A stretch of 64,000 nucleotides of DNA from Moniliella sp. 'wahieum' (taxonomy: Eukaryota), in NCBI GenBank assembly GCA_003971905.1, contig RSEE01000007.1, forward strand, positions 124,001 to 188,000, written 5' to 3'. This document shows, one piece after another, positions 63,740-64,000 of this stretch (positions are counted from its first letter, which is position 1; every line of letters starts with the position of its first letter). The notes below the pieces were generated by a model. That model had not been told where the DNA came from. It worked only from the letters and a program-made list of their open reading frames with translations, and did not search any database. Position numbers and translations under genes: made by a program.

Positions 63740-63880
63740 CCATCGATCGTCATGCATTTTGATGCAGTATGGTGCGACGGATCCAGATCTGGTTGATGAG
63801 ATGATCATCGAGATCATATCGACGGTATCGATCACCGGGGTGGGAGGGCCAGGTGACCGGTGATGCAGGTGATGTGATGT
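63740..63880. repeat. Heptamer quasi-palindrome cluster
   Basis: catcgatcgtcatgcat; gatgatcatcgagatcatatcga; ggtgaccggtgatgcaggtga. Confidence 0.7.
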
Positions 63881-64000
63881 AGACACGGCCGCCGGCAAGC
63901 AATAGGACGCTCGCTTGCAGCGGCCAACCCCCCGCGTCCGCCGCCACCACCCTCTCCCTTGCTGCCGCCCTCCATGTCCTCCCCCCGCCCGGCGGGCCCG

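Overview
Eukaryotic, almost certainly fungal (basidiomycete-like) genomic DNA. It has GC-rich, intron-poor genes with short GT..AG introns and CTAAC/CTGAC branch points, separated by blocks of decayed transposon-like DNA. Recognisable genes: ILV3, Ran/GSP1, NOG1, a Cdb4/PA2G4-family protein, DNM1, a Tbf1-like telobox Myb protein, VMA1, an HMG-box factor, RPL33, RPL6, a Gfo/Idh/MocA oxidoreductase, RPA14/RFA3 and a DHA1-type MFS transporter. There are also orphan fragments of LEU1 and HBS1 and a family of ~180-200 bp LTRs, one with a perfect 5-bp TSD. Most conserved genes carry 1-2 bp frameshifts, most likely assembly errors, so exon coordinates are approximate. The main unexplained signal is a set of short tandem arrays in the intergenic, mostly promoter-side DNA. 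Their 7-bp units differ in sequence but follow one rule: yz-TNA-z'y', an odd palindrome centred on TNA, with unit junctions forming ANNNNT palindromes. Comparing LTR copies gives before/after examples in which a single TNA site gained such units built from its own flanking dinucleotide. This suggests a rule-based insertion process, possibly hairpin-type transposon footprints, rather than ordinary slippage. All calls were made by eye, without database searches.
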